DNA from: Paragordius varius | Taxonomy: Eukaryota > Animalia > Nematomorpha | Length of the DNA stretch: 64,000 bases | Reading direction: 5' to 3' | Assembly: GCA_964247055.1 (NCBI GenBank) | Contig: OZ176050.1 | Coordinates: 10,788,001-10,852,000 of the forward strand | The notes under the pieces: model-generated | What the model saw: only the letters and a program-made list of their open reading frames with translations | What the model was told of the DNA's origin: nothing | The model's database searches: none | In this document: piece by piece, positions 24,598-38,900 of the stretch | How positions within the stretch are numbered: the first letter of the stretch is position 1 | Layout: every line of letters begins with the position of its first letter | Made by a program: the position numbers and the translations under genes

Positions 24598-27500
24598 ATG
24601 GCTTTCAATCGTTATATTCAAGACGTAAATCTTTTTAAAAAATTATAACATATAGGTTTATAATGCATATATATCCAATGATGGATCCAAGTTATCAGTA
24701 AATTATGTTATATAAAATAGTTTTTAATTTCAATCAATAATGCGGTGTTTAATTATTATAACATTACACCCAGTTTGTTAAATGAGGCCGAACAATTGTT
24801 ACCTGACCCATACAAAGAAATAATTCCCTTACATTTAAAGTATAAAAAAAGGGTAAAAATAATTTTTAGATGTGTTAAAAATTTATGGGAGCGAAATTAT
24901 ACTGATTCTTTTGATTACCAAACATCACTGATACAAGTTTTTACCAAGTATTTGCAATCTAAAAATGATGAGAATTGGATGTTACCCGTTATGAATCAAA
25001 TTTGTTTGGATTTACGGAAATTAGCTTGCACAGTAAAATTTATATTGCTATTTTTTCTTCCCTATCAAGTTATATCATTCACACATTATTTGTGATTTGA
25101 TCTTAATATAATTAAAAAATAATAAAACATAAGTCAAAATAGCCTTATATTTTTTCCGATTTGTGGCTCTATTACTTTATTTTCTAATATAAAGCTTATG
25201 GCGCAACAATTTAACATAATAAATTTATTGATATGAAAGCGTTAACTATTCTTTTTGGCATGATATTTATATTCATTTAACACCCCAATAACTTTTTGGG
25301 TAGGTTAATATCTCAGAGCGATGAAATTTGATTATCTTAAAGAGTATTTAAGGTATTAAGCCGATCTTAGCAAATTCACAAACAAACCTCGAAAACAGTC
25401 TCCAAACTTTTATAAATGTGTGCAAAAAATACAATCTTACATTAAACCTCAACAAAACTAAAATTTTACATATCAACTCCCCTCATTCCTATGACTCGCT
25501 TCGGATTAATGGCGAAACAATTCAAGTAGTCAACGAATACACATACCTTGGAAGCATAATCAACAACTTAAGCTCCAGTTCCCAAGAAATAAGAAGACGC
25601 ATAGCTATCGCCAAATGCGCTCTATCCTCACACTACAAGTTATGGAAATCTCATGACATAACCCTTAAAACAAAAATCCGACTAGTAAATGCATTAATCT
25701 TTCCTATCATGTTATACGGGTGTGAAAGCTGGACTATCAAAAGTGAAGACGAAAAAAGAATAAACGCGTTTGAAATGTTTTGCTGGAGAAAGATACTTGG
25801 TATAACATGGAAGGACAAAATAAAGAATATCGACATTGTAAATAAAATTAACGCACAAACAACGCTTCGGGGTAAAATAATAAAACAAAAATTCGGTTAC
25901 TTTGGACACATTATTCGGGGCAATTCTTTGGAAAAGGATATTATGTTAGGAAAAGTAAATGGTAAGAGAGGAAGAGGCCGCAGACGTATTCGCTGGGTAG
26001 ACGAAATCTTATCACTTTCCAAATTGTCACTGCAAAAACTATCTCAAAAAGCTCACGACAGAACCGAATGGAGGAAGTTTTCCTACAAAATCGCTAATGG
26101 TCGATAACCGACTACAAGCTCAACAACAACAACAAATGCTTCCTTTAGCCTTTTTAGCGCATTACAAAAATGTAAAATTGTGAAAAATTCTCAATTTTTT
26201 TGCCGCCATTTTTTTCCATATTTTTTTAAAATTGCTATTGTAACAGGTAAATAAATGTATATTACGGTTAGAAAATGTACATAATTAATTTTAAAAAGTT
26301 TTCACATTTTACTACAAAAACTTGATATATTTTAATTTTATATCAGCTGTTAGTTTCAACCGTGTTTAGAGGTGTCCCAATTTTGAACTCTAGAAGTCGC
26401 AAAATTGCAATAAGTTTTTTAATCTAATACATGAGAACAACTGATAATTAAATTTTTCCTAATTCAAAACTGTAGTTTATTTAGAATATTGAGCTCTAGG
26501 ATATAAAACTACTCAAAATGTAAACTAAAACAAAAAAGTGAAAAGGTAATGAAGTGTTAAATTATTCAAAATTTGCAATATTTTTCCACTTTTTTTGGGC
26601 AGTTTGTAATTTAATCAAAAATATATTATTTATGATTTTAGGTCGAAACATATTACATAAAAGAAGGTCATCCTAAGCACGGATTGTATTTGGAGAAGGC
26701 TTCAGATACGCTTTTGGGATGTTTTCGCATATGTGCTACAGATAAGTAAATTTCCTAAGATTAAATCTTTAAAAATTATTTAAACCTATATAACGTTGGC
26801 CTTTTATATATAAATGCGTATCTATTTTTAAATTAGTGAGTAAATTAACCATTTTTATACTTTTTATAAAACTACAGTTTCTCATCTCCACAAACGTCAA
26901 AAAAGATGGGAATGCTCTTTCTTGTCAATCAATTATTCAAGATCTATTTTAAGGTAAACCCTTTACATATGACCTAGTTTTTTCAAGAAATGTATATTAT
27001 ATTTGGCATTTTTTATATGATTAATTCAAAAATATTTTTTGAAGATAAATAGACTCCCTTTATGCAAACCCCTGATCCGTGCCATTGATAATACTAAAAA
27101 TTTGGAAAATTACCCAAATTCTCAAGTTGTCACTTATAAGTAAACGCGTATTTTTATATTTTGTATTTTCAAATTTAATTGCGCAATTTTATAATTTAAA
27201 AAGCATATATAAAGTATGCATTTTAATGGTTGCTTATATCTCTTACTATAGTTGGGTATTTGCAACCACAGGAGTAGTGTATGGATAAAACAAAAAAATG
27301 TTAAATAAATAATTTTTTACTTTCCTGTATTACTTTGTTTATTTTATTCATAATTTACTTATTGTTTTTCCATACACTAGTGTGTTGTAAATTTCCCATT
27401 TATAGTGTGAAATAACAACCATTAAAATGCCTACTGTATATACAGTATGAGTAAGTATATATTGCCAGAAAGCTATTAATTATTGCCAAATAGCTAATAA

Positions 27501-30500
27501 CTTTCTAGCAATGTATACTTACTCATACTGTATGTATATATGTATAAATCACACTTGTTTTATTCAAGATTTTTTGTTGGTCGGAAAGCATTTTATGATT
27601 TTGATTATGAACGAGGTATGTATTTTTTATTATTTTTGAATGTTAACAAAACCAAATATTCCTATTTTAACATTTTTATAAAAATAGCTAATGAATTATT
27701 ATCGTACGCTTTTGAACACTGTGACAAACGATCAAAACGAAATATTCGAATGATTCTCATTTACCTTATTCCTGTCAAAATATTATTGGTTTTCATTTTT
27801 ACTTTTTACATTTTGTAAAATATCATATTAATTTTACTAATTTTAGGGTTATTTCCCCAGTCATTACATATTAGAGAAATACGATCTTTTAGCCTTTGAA
27901 CCAATTATTGAAGCGGTTAAGTAAGTTTTATCCGTGTTTTTTCCATAATCTATAACATATATAAACATTTTAAATTATTTTATTATATTTTTAATAAAAT
28001 TAATAGTAATATTTTAATAATTTTTAACATTATGTTTTACTTAATGTATATAAATAGAGTTACGATATTTTGTCTTAATGGTTTGTTTTTCAAAATAAAT
28101 ATTTTTGAATAAAAAACTCTATACATAAGGCAAATAAATAAAAAAAATTATGATCGAATAATATCCAATTTGTTGTTAATTTAATGTATAACATAACATT
28201 AATTTAGATGTGGAAACTTGGGGCAATTGGAAATGACAAAAGAGGCTAACAAAAAGTTTTTTGTTAAATCTGGCATATATCTTTTCCTTGACAAACTTAA
28301 AATGGTCACTTTCCGTAACCTGTTCAAAAAAGTGTATGTCGCTTATTTATATATCAATCTAATGTCGCTAAACTTGATATTTATTGCCTTATGAATCTCT
28401 TTTACATCATAAATAATTAATAAAGACAAAATTTAAAGAGTTAAGGAAAAGACAAATATTTTTTTCAAAACACAATTATATTTAAAACGATGATTTTTTA
28501 ATGTAACCTATTGTGTTGGATTACGAAATAAGGAATAGGAATGCTAATTGGTAATGCAATTTTATAATTTACAATTTTGTACATTAAGTTATAATATATA
28601 AACTGATCAATGATATAATTATATGCATTTTATTATTATTGTAGCAAAGATCGTTGTCGATTTATTGCTTTTTCGAAGGTGGATTTTCTCTAGTTTATTC
28701 GATTGTAAGTGAGTGATGTTAGCTTTTGTAAAGAGAGATTGGTTTCTTTGGTTAGGTTTTCGATCCAGCGCATCTTGCAGCGTCCACGTTTCCTGGATCC
28801 TTCGACCTTGCCTGTCATTAGTTGGATTCCAAGTCATTAGCTCTGGTAATGTGACCAAAGTATGATAATTTCATTTTGAGGCACATGCCAATCAGGTGTA
28901 TCTCGGGATATATTTTTTCAAGGATTACAGTGTTTTTTATTTTATCTTTCCAAGTGATTTGAAGTGCCTTCCGCCAGCACCAGATTTCGAAGGCGTTAAT
29001 GTATTTTTCGTCTACCTTTTTTATTGTCCAGCTTTCTGATGCATATAGCATGCTAGGAAATATTAGTAGGGCTTTAACTAAACGGATTTTTGTTTTAAGT
29101 TTGATGTCGTGTGATGACCATAGTTTATTATATTTTATCATTTTTGTCTTTGCAATTCCTATTCTTCTTTTAATGTCTGGGGTGCTGTTGTTAGTTGTAT
29201 TTATAAGACTGCCTAGGTAAGTGTATTGGGACACTACTTCTATTTGTTGGTTGTGAAAAGATAAGTTGTTATAGTGGTTATGAGCGTTTATAGTCATGAT
29301 TTTAGTTTTTTTAAAGTTGATCGTCAATCCAAATTTTTGACATTCGTTTGAGAATTCAGTTAGGAGTTTTTTCAAGTTGTCCACTGAGTTTGACAGCAGT
29401 ATGGTGTCATCAGCATAATGAAGTGATGATATAATATTGCCGGCAATGCTTGTACCATTAGTTTTATCTATTTCCCTAATACGCTTTTTATGCAGACGTT
29501 AAAAAGAGTATGTGAGAGGACACAACCTTGTCTTAAACTATTGTTCATTTGTACCCAGTTACTTGTGCCATGTGGGGTTTTTATGTTTAGTGATGAATTG
29601 GAATAGAGGGATTTAATGATGTTTAAAATGTGCTCTGAAACTCCCATCTGAGATAGTGCCCTCCACAGCGTGTCGTGTTTCACGCTGTCGAAGGCTTTTG
29701 TAAAATCAATGAAGCAGATGTGGGTTTCTTTCTGAAATTCAATTTGTTTTTCGAATATCCAACATATATTGCTGATCATGTCCCTGCATCCGCGATTGGA
29801 TCTAAATCCCGCTTGGGTATTAGAAAGTTCGGCTTCAATTATGCCTTGGATACGCCTGTGAATTATTTTGAGGAAAACTTTTGATGTTTGATTGATTAGC
29901 GCTATAGTTCTATAGTTGTTAAATAATTTAGGATCGCCTTTTTTCAAGATGGGGATGAGTATTGATTTGCACCAGTCTTGGGGGAATGAGGCGTGAGCAA
30001 ATATCTTTTGGAATAAGTCAGTTAGGATATGAATTGGGATAAAACGAATGAGTTCGGTTGGGATATCGTTGTACCCCTCCGATTTGTTGTTTAGGGAATG
30101 ATTGAGCGCCAATTCAACTTCTTCTTTGATGATCTGCGGGTCATGTTGATAGATATTACTGTTTTTGTCGGCGTTTTATAGGCTGGTGCCGTATAGTTTT
30201 ATAATACATATTGTTCCCATTGTTCCACCAGTGTTTTTTGTCCGTGATGATATCTCCATCTTCCTTTTTCATTGGGCCTTTGTAGATTTTAGACCTACGT
30301 GGAGCAATGTGATCTACGTCAGCAAAGTAGTTGTTGTTATGTTTAGCAGCGTTTTCTAGTTTTAAGCACAGCTGATTGTAGTGATCGTTTTTGTCTTTCC
30401 GAGCGCTTTTTTGGAACTCTGCGTTAAGTGATTTGTATTCTGCCATATTATTCTTGCATTTAGCTTGGCGCCGTTTGTCCGCTAAATCTAAACTTTTTTG

Positions 30501-31407
30501 TGATAGCTTAATTTTGTTATGATGGGATTTTTGGATAGGGATGCATTCTCTGGCTGTAGTACTAGGGATATTTTGTATTGTATTTCAAAGATTTTCAGCG
30601 TCATCGTCTATTTCGAGTGTTTTAAATCTGTTTTCAAGTAACAAAGGAAACTCGGTTTACAAAATATATTAGTTTTACTTTTTCCGTTTTGTCCTTATTA
30701 ATAATTACCGCTAATATAACGATTCTTTAGATTTAACATACTAAAAATGCATCAAATTGATATCCATGCATTTTTGGTGGCCCTAAAATTTGCTGGATAC
30801 GAAGAGGAAGATTGTGATCTCGATGAGGTTGAATGCTTACTCGCTAATCTAATTTACGAGGTATGTTGTGAATACAGTCAAATAAAATTATACTGACAAA
30901 ACGTAAAACACTAAAAAACTATATTTTTATCGCGATTTTTTTTAAATTAAACTCATTCAGTGTTTTGGGGCGCAAAATGAAATATTTAATGTAAATTGGA
31001 AACATACTACTCAATCATACAATTCACAATTATAATAACCTGTCTTTTTTTCCTAGTTGGTAACAACTGAGATTTAATTTGGTTAAATTTTTTTAAAACC
31101 CTAAACAATTTTAAATCATTTTTTAAGGTAATATCATATTATATTTTTATAAATGAACAATTTCAAAATATTTTTGAATACCTTATTGTTTCAATAAAAT
31201 GAGTTTTGAACATTAAAATAAAGTCCAAACATATATTTATATTTTTTCTCGTTTTCACACAAGTTTAATGATCCACTTTAAAATTCCTATTGTCATTAAT
31301 GCGATTAATTGACTAAATAGGGGAAAATTAAAGGCTACATTTCTCATCAACATCGCAAATTAGTTGTGAGTAAACTCAACGCTTTCCCTTCCCTCACAAA
31401 TCAATGA
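24598..31407 (+). CDS. PCID2: PCI domain-containing protein 2 (TREX-2 / Thp1 family), 13 exons, 396 aa
   Basis: Exons 24598-24624, 24656-24697, 24721-24839, 24870-25032, 26642-26745, 26878-26953, 27045-27139, 27569-27615, 27688-27788, 27847-27920, 28208-28333, 30731-30860 and 31321-31407 total 1191 nt in phase. Motifs [64 protein letters not shown] and [11 protein letters not shown]. Confidence 0.96.
25360..26135 (+). mobile_element. 5'-truncated RTE-clade LINE in PCID2 intron 4
   Basis: ORF 25418-26107 has the post-RT RTE motifs [49 protein letters not shown] and [13 protein letters not shown]. Ends in a (CAA)5 tail. Confidence 0.93.
28628..30655 (-). mobile_element. 5'-truncated, frameshifted RTE-clade LINE in PCID2 intron 11
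   Basis: Reverse transcriptase motifs [42 protein letters not shown] and HYADD (after a 1-nt frameshift near 29475). C-terminal ESWTIK...WCWRK. (TAA)n tail at 28628-28640. Confidence 0.95.
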
Positions 31408-32977
31408 GTACAAGACATAGTATTAGAGTTAGAATATATACTGTACATAACTATTATAATAATAATAAATTTTATATATATTATATTGATGTTTCATTTA
31501 TTATGAAATTGAAAAAACTAACCTACTTTTATATTTGTATAATTTAAGGTCTCTTTCTATCAGTTTTGCCATTATTTTTATTTAAGCATGAATGATTTAG
31601 CCTTATGGAAAAACGTTGATTCTTTGTTTTCTGGTTTTTCAGCATTAATATAAATATTTTAATAATATTATGAGATGTTATTTTAATATTAGAAATCATA
31701 TAAATGGGATGGTAAAATTTAAATATATTGTAAATAAAATTTTTATTCGAAAGCTTTAACTACTAATTTAAAACTTTGCTCACTGTTTGATTACGCGGTG
31801 GCTTTAATATGTAACAAGCCTATAATTTTTATTATTTTTATAGAAACTTCGTAGTTCTCTTTTATCTCTCAACTATTATAAAAACAAGTATAATTCGTTT
31901 TCAGCATAATATCTGATATGGAACTAATGTATTTTTATTTCTAACTCAGTTTTAGTTAACTCTTCAGCCTGAGAAGCGTTGTAATTAACACTATTTTACA
32001 GTTTATCTAAATTGAAAAAAATTCTTAGTTATATTCGCATGTAAAATTTCCAATCGTTAAAATAGCAAATGAGTATGGCTAAATTATAGTTAAACTAAGA
32101 AACTTTATAATGTTTTTTCTACTCCCAAAACAAGAATATCCTGTTAAAATACCATAAACCAACCTATAATTGCACATTTATTGTCATATAAATAAATAAT
32201 TATTTAAAAAATATAAAATCTATACGGGAATGCATATAAGTTAAGATAAATAATCTGATTATATTAAAATTTGGAGAATTTGTTTAGTTCCAAAAGCCAT
32301 TACCATCTCTGTAAAAAATATAATATTCTTATTAAATAGAATTTGAAAATACAGTAAAAATTGAAATAATACGGACAAAACGTAAAGGACAATTATTTTT
32401 TAAGACCACCATACTTTTCCAACTTGATTTTTTTAAAATATACCTCATTGTTTTCAATTGTAAAGTATTACCGAATAAAGATGTAAATTGGCAACATAGT
32501 TAATAGGGAAATTAAGGTTTAAAAAGGTGTGGTTTTTGAAAAAAAATTGTCTTTATAATTTAACGGATGAGCCGTATAAATTCAATTTTTATGTTCTCTA
32601 AAGTTTTTTTGGATAATGATATATTATTTGATCAAAATGAGTGACTTAAAAATTGCCCCAATAATATGTCGGTACAAGATATATAAAAATCGTAAAGAAA
32701 AATTAGATTTATTCATTAAGTGATTTTTCGTAAATTAAAAGTGTTGATTAATATGATAGAAAACTGATATCCTTTCCTTTAGTAAGGACTGACTTTGAAA
32801 AAAATGATTGTTCATACCAAAAACACATAAAAAACGATGACCAATTTTTAACACGATAAATAAAATTTCATCTAAAGCGCCATATTAAACTCTTAAATGG
32901 AATAATAAACATTTTTTTTTTCAGTTTTATTTTAAAAATATTTAAAATGCTTAAATCCGTGTATATTATTTTAGAAA

Positions 32978-35900
32978 TTAATGACATATTATAAATATTT
33001 TTCTTACATATGGCGATGAAGCTTGTCGAGATTTCTCTTTCTCGATTATTTTGAGACTTTTTTCCGGCGAAAATTTAAGGACGACACTTAAAACTTTGGC
33101 CATAGTCTGTTAATAATTAAATTAATTTATTTACAGTGGACTTCCTTTAATGACCGCGCTTATAATGTTGGTTTCATGTTCTTTTAACACAAACTTACTA
33201 ATTTTGATTGTTATACCCTCATAAGAGCCAAAATTAAATTAACAACTTTTTCAAAATATCTGTAAAAAGTTGAATTCAATAAATATTATATTTTATAAAT
33301 TTTACTAAAAAAATATGCGGATAATGATCCATATATTTTACAAAATCGAGGTTATTATCGGGGGAAGGGAAGAATCCACACGGTATGTTATTAAAAATAA
33401 AAAAACGCGTGAAATATTTTTATTACCAATGGTTCTTGGCCCATAATATATTCGTAAACAATTTTTCGCAAATATTCCAATTCCGATGTCTCTGGAAATA
33501 ATGGAGGGATTTGATTAATACTACCGCTGTTACTTCCGTCAGATATCTTTCGACTGTACATGAGGAGTTGTCTGGGATCATATTTTTGATTATCTATTTA
33601 TATAATAAATAAAATAAGGTCCTTAAATGTTTCAACACAATCAAACATATATTTTCAAGAATCAAATAATTTTTCCAACAATCAAAATAAGTTGCCCAAT
33701 AACTTTTTTATGTTTGACAAAGATTACTTGTAGTAATCGAAATATTATAATAAATTTATATAATTTTTGCTGAATTATTCCATATATAATAACTTTTTTA
33801 TGTTTCCAACAATCAACACATTTTAAACACCAATAATTATCATATTAAAATCAAATTAAATAGAAGTCAATCAAACTAACCTTATATATTAAACTAAAAC
33901 AGATTTTTATCAGATGAAAATAAATTAACATTAAACTATAATATGGGCGAAAAAAATTCAAACTTACTATTATAAATGTTTTGTGAGTAAGAGTTGGGTG
34001 AATTAAGGGTTGAATTAGAATTCAATGAAATATTATCCGTATTATGCATATTATGTGAATCAAAAGAGAGGATATTTGGTGTCATTGCCAAATTTCTAAT
34101 TATTCCTGTGGTCGGGCTTGCCATGGAATCCTCGAGTGATGCCAAAGAATTAAGTTGTGATCGCAAAAATGGATGCTATTTTAACATAAAATATTATCAG
34201 TCTAAAAACAATTTTTTATTTGGATAAATAAAAATATGACCATTTTTGTTAGTTTATGTATGTGTCATTCATTCAGATAACAAATTTTTATTGTAAGATA
34301 TATATTTTATATATAGCCAATTCAATAAACCCAAATGTCAAAATGATAGGTCTGTGATTAATGTTATTTATATGTAAAAATTCAAGCTTTTTTTCGATGA
34401 CAATACACCTAAAAATTTATTTTTATATTACTTTAAAATAAATTTCTATAAACTAACAGAAATTTAATAAAGGAAAATATCATATTAAAATTTACTTGGT
34501 TATTAGTAATGGCACTATCTACCGGAGAAAGGTTGGCTGAATTATCCCAAGAAATTGTGGAATCTCTGTGTAAAAAAAACAAATTGAAAAAAAAAAATTA
34601 TATAAAACAAAATTTTGTTTTAAATTAATATATGCTATAAAAAGCTATTACATATTAGGCCCGGAATGATTGTTTAAAAGGTTTTCATTGATTTCTTCAT
34701 GTTCCACATAAGATTTTTGTGTTTGAGGAGACAACAATGCTTGATTTGTATTTATCTAAATTATTTTTATTAATTTGTACCAATTATGTAAAATGTGCAT
34801 AATTTAAGAAACATTTATGAAAAGTGAGAAAAATGTCTAATGGAAAAATAAATATTTCTGTCCTTAAAAAATTAATGAAAATCATCGCAAGCGGATAGTA
34901 TATATCCAAATTAATTATTTTTTCCATATCATTTCCCAAAATAGTGTTTAAAACTTAACAGAACTCTATAAAGATAGAAAATAATATTTAAATAATTGGT
35001 TATAACAGGCTGTAAGAGATAAAAACAATACTATCCAATAAAAACAAATTTATTACCATATAAATTAAATTTAAAAACAAAAAGTTATCGTGAATTGAAA
35101 AATTTGTGAATATAACAATAAGTTAAAATCCCAAAATAATAATAAAAGAATAACAAGTGTATCGATACTAAAACTAATAATAAAACTAAACATTATTTAT
35201 AAATATGGCTAAAATTTAATAAAAAACCATAGTAACAAAAAAATTAAATTAATTCCCTTCATAAAATTAAGAGTTTTTCTATGGATAAAAGTAATAAATT
35301 CAGTATAATTTAGATTAGAAAATTGAAACTTATTTAAAAAAAATAAAGCAATGTAAACCTGCTCATTTAGCAGAGCGTTTGGGGACGAGGGTTGTTCATG
35401 TAATATGGTAAGAGCTTGTTGGAGTAATTGATTGATATGATTTTTCCACATTTGATCCTATTTGAATTTAAATAATGCAAATGTTACCATATCTTATTAA
35501 ATTAAGTTATAAAGGCAAACACGTAAAATATAAGTGGAATTTGAGTAAAAAAGCAAACTTAAAACAGTAAAACATGGCCATTTTTTTATGGCGGTCATAC
35601 ACCCATATTGATATAGTTTATATGAGTAGTGGTGTTTATAAAAAAATATAAATAACCCCGAACCCTATATTTTATAATCCTTAATACTGTATCCATAGTA
35701 ACTATAAGTGAGAATAAAAATTTTAAAACATAGTTAACCATAGAAATGACAGTGTTGTTTTGCGTTTTTACAATGGTTTAAATTAAATGATTCATTTAAT
35801 GGATATATATATTGTGATCTTAGAACAATGTAATCATTATATCGATAATATTCGGAAATATGTGTTGTTTTATTTATGATTTAAATCCTTTATAATATTT

Positions 35901-38900
35901 GTCTTCTACTAAAATAAATATTCATTACTATTTCATATTGGATATAAGGACCAAAATCAGCCCAAAGTGTGTTTGGTTCTAAAAGTTTGTTGAATTCATT
36001 GATATCATTTTCACGCATCTCCATTAAACGATTAACAATGATTTGTAATAAGCTTAAAACATAAAAACGAGTAATGATTGTAAATTAATTTTAAACAAAT
36101 TATTGTATCTCATTTTCAAATATGTTATGCAATTGACTTACTTTATTACTCAAAATGTAAAACAAAATATTAGAAGGATTATGGATATCAAAAAACTAAT
36201 TTTGCAAATCAAGCGATTAAATGAACGAAAAAATTAAATTTAAATTAAACAAAAAATTATATAAATATAAACTTATTTATAATCATTCTGACACATTGAT
36301 CAAGGTAAAATTGTAATTTAGGCCCCAATGAAATCAACTGATCTCCTTTCAGGTTTAACAAGTTTTTAAGGTCGGCAATTTCCCTTTCTCTAGCCTAAAA
36401 GAAATAAAATACCATAATATTGGGCAAAATTACTGTTCATTTTATACACTTTGTTAGAGTTATTAAAAAAATATTTGAATTATAACATTTATATAAAAAT
36501 TAAAAAATTTGCGGATCATATATTTTATAAATTAGTCTTATAATGAGAAAAAATCTTGGGTAATATGTGCTTATATACCAAAAGGGTTATTCATAAAATT
36601 ATTGCTGTAATCTTAGAATTATTAAAATACTTCAAGTTTCGTGTCATACTCATCTATAGTACGTTTCATACATTCGTCCGATTGATGTAATATGGCATAA
36701 ATATCTTCTTGGTCATTAAAAGAGGGAGATTTTAGCTTTTGAACATTCGTATTAGTTATCAATTCTGATAATTGACATTGCTGAAAAGAAAAATATAACG
36801 ATTGGATAAGTTTTAAAATTAAAAAATAATTTTTAAATATTTTTTCTAGCATTTTTACCACAATTTATAATATAAAGTGTTATACAACTTCTTGATTCAT
36901 TTTAGTATTTGCATTGTTTAGATTTGATAAGGTTAGATGGGATTTGGAATTCTTGATAGATTCCAATTCTTTTGCATGATTTACTAATGTTTCCTGATAC
37001 AAATTCCGTAAATCTCCAATGTTTTGATTACATTTTTTGATTACCAGATTTTTTTCTAACATTGCATCATCCAAATCAGCTATTCTAAAGTAACAACCGT
37101 AAAAATATTTATTAAATAAAATACTTCAATGGTAATAGTATATAAAATAGAATGAGAAGTAATGTATATAATAATCCCAACCTTTTTTCAAAATCATCCT
37201 TTAATGTTTTCATATTGATTGCATGGTCTTGCATTAGGAGAGTTCGTTCCTTTTCTAACCCAATAACCTTTTCATCCAATTCCTCAGTTATGAGTTGATT
37301 TTCCTTAAAATCGTTCAACAGCGTTTGGTATAGGGCAGACATATCTTTATTCGCCTTAGTTAATTCATCAATTTGGTGCTGATATTTATCGCATGTCAAA
37401 GTATGATCACGCCTTACACTGTTTAAAACATTTTGTAATTCATTGTGATGAGTAGTTTGGTAAGCCCGTTGTATTTGTTCAAAAAGTTGGTTATATTCAT
37501 CACGTATTGTTTTAAGTCTAGTTTGAGCTAATGTTTGTAAACTTTGAAGGACAGATTTAACCGTCTTAATTTCTCCATCTAATGCAGCTAATGAAGTATT
37601 CATGAATTGATTTTTGGAATGTAAAGCTTTGTTCTTTGCAATAATTTGCGTGAAATTAGAGATAATTTTGGCTTCCACTCTTTCTATATGTGCTTCAAGC
37701 GTTAAAATACGCTTTTTAAGCTGTTTAACCGAAAAATTAGATGTGCTAGAATCGATTGAATTTTCATTTAAATAAGGTGAAAGAAGTTGAGCAATTTTAT
37801 CGTTTTCATTGTCTTCACCCACTAATGGCAGGTAAAAAGTAGCAAAACCGCCTAAAATATTCGGCAATAATTCAACTTTTACTAAATCTTTTATAGTTTC
37901 ATCTTTTTGCTTAAATAGGGTTATAACATTTTGTGTTTGCATAGACTCCAAAGTATTTTGATGTGTAGCATTCAAAGTCCTCATAGTTTCTAGAGTTTTG
38001 TCAAGTTCAGATTGTAATTCTTTTATTTTTTGATCATCCCAAATTTTTTGTGCATTTAACTCATTTATTTCGGTTAAGATGGGAGTTATATCAACGAAAG
38101 GTATAGCGTCCAAAGCAACATCACATAATTCAGGTTGAGGTAATGATAGTGTTTGTGTCATAACATTAATAGTGTTAGCGAATGCATTTGTTTGATTGTC
38201 ACCTATAGAATATTGCATATAAAAAGTAGTAATAATTTAAAATTTATTAATCTGATAAAGATTTAGAGAAAATAGTAATCTAGATATATAGTATTAATAA
38301 ATTAAAAGGGTTAAAAAAATCTTGTTTTTATATTTGATAAATTATAGCAGGGACGCTTAAATTAAGCATTAATCAGTAATGTTTTTCGCAACATTAAAAA
38401 TGCAATGTCGTTTTTTTCGTCTCATACCAAAAAAACCAAAATTAAATAAACATAAAACCAATACCATAGCATAATAACAAATATTTGCAATCTTTGGAAA
38501 CTATTTTATCGTAAAAAATAATTCTTAATAAAAACTATATAAAAATCATATTACTGGATTCCTTATTATCTGTAGTTATAGCTTCTGTGTCGGAAGAATC
38601 GGTTATGTCCTCGTCCAACAAATCTTTTTCATTAACCTATAAAATAATATTTCTATTATATATTTCTGATTTAGTTTTTTTGAATTCGTTATCATAATGA
38701 TACGGGGTGAAATAATTCAACCCGAATATTTTAATTTTATAGTCTTAAACGGGACAAGAAAGGAACGAATTCTAACCTCTTGGATGTGAAAACCCTTTTT
38801 AAATAGTATATAAGCTTTTTATTTTTGTGCAAGTTTGTATTTAAGCTGGACGGAGAATACACTCTCCGAGTAGGGTTTATTTTTGGAGTAATACTGCATA

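Noticed and set aside
25651-30359. ORFs at 25651, 25712, 28999, 29675 and 30165
   Set aside because: Antisense shadows of the two RTE reverse-transcriptase fragments.
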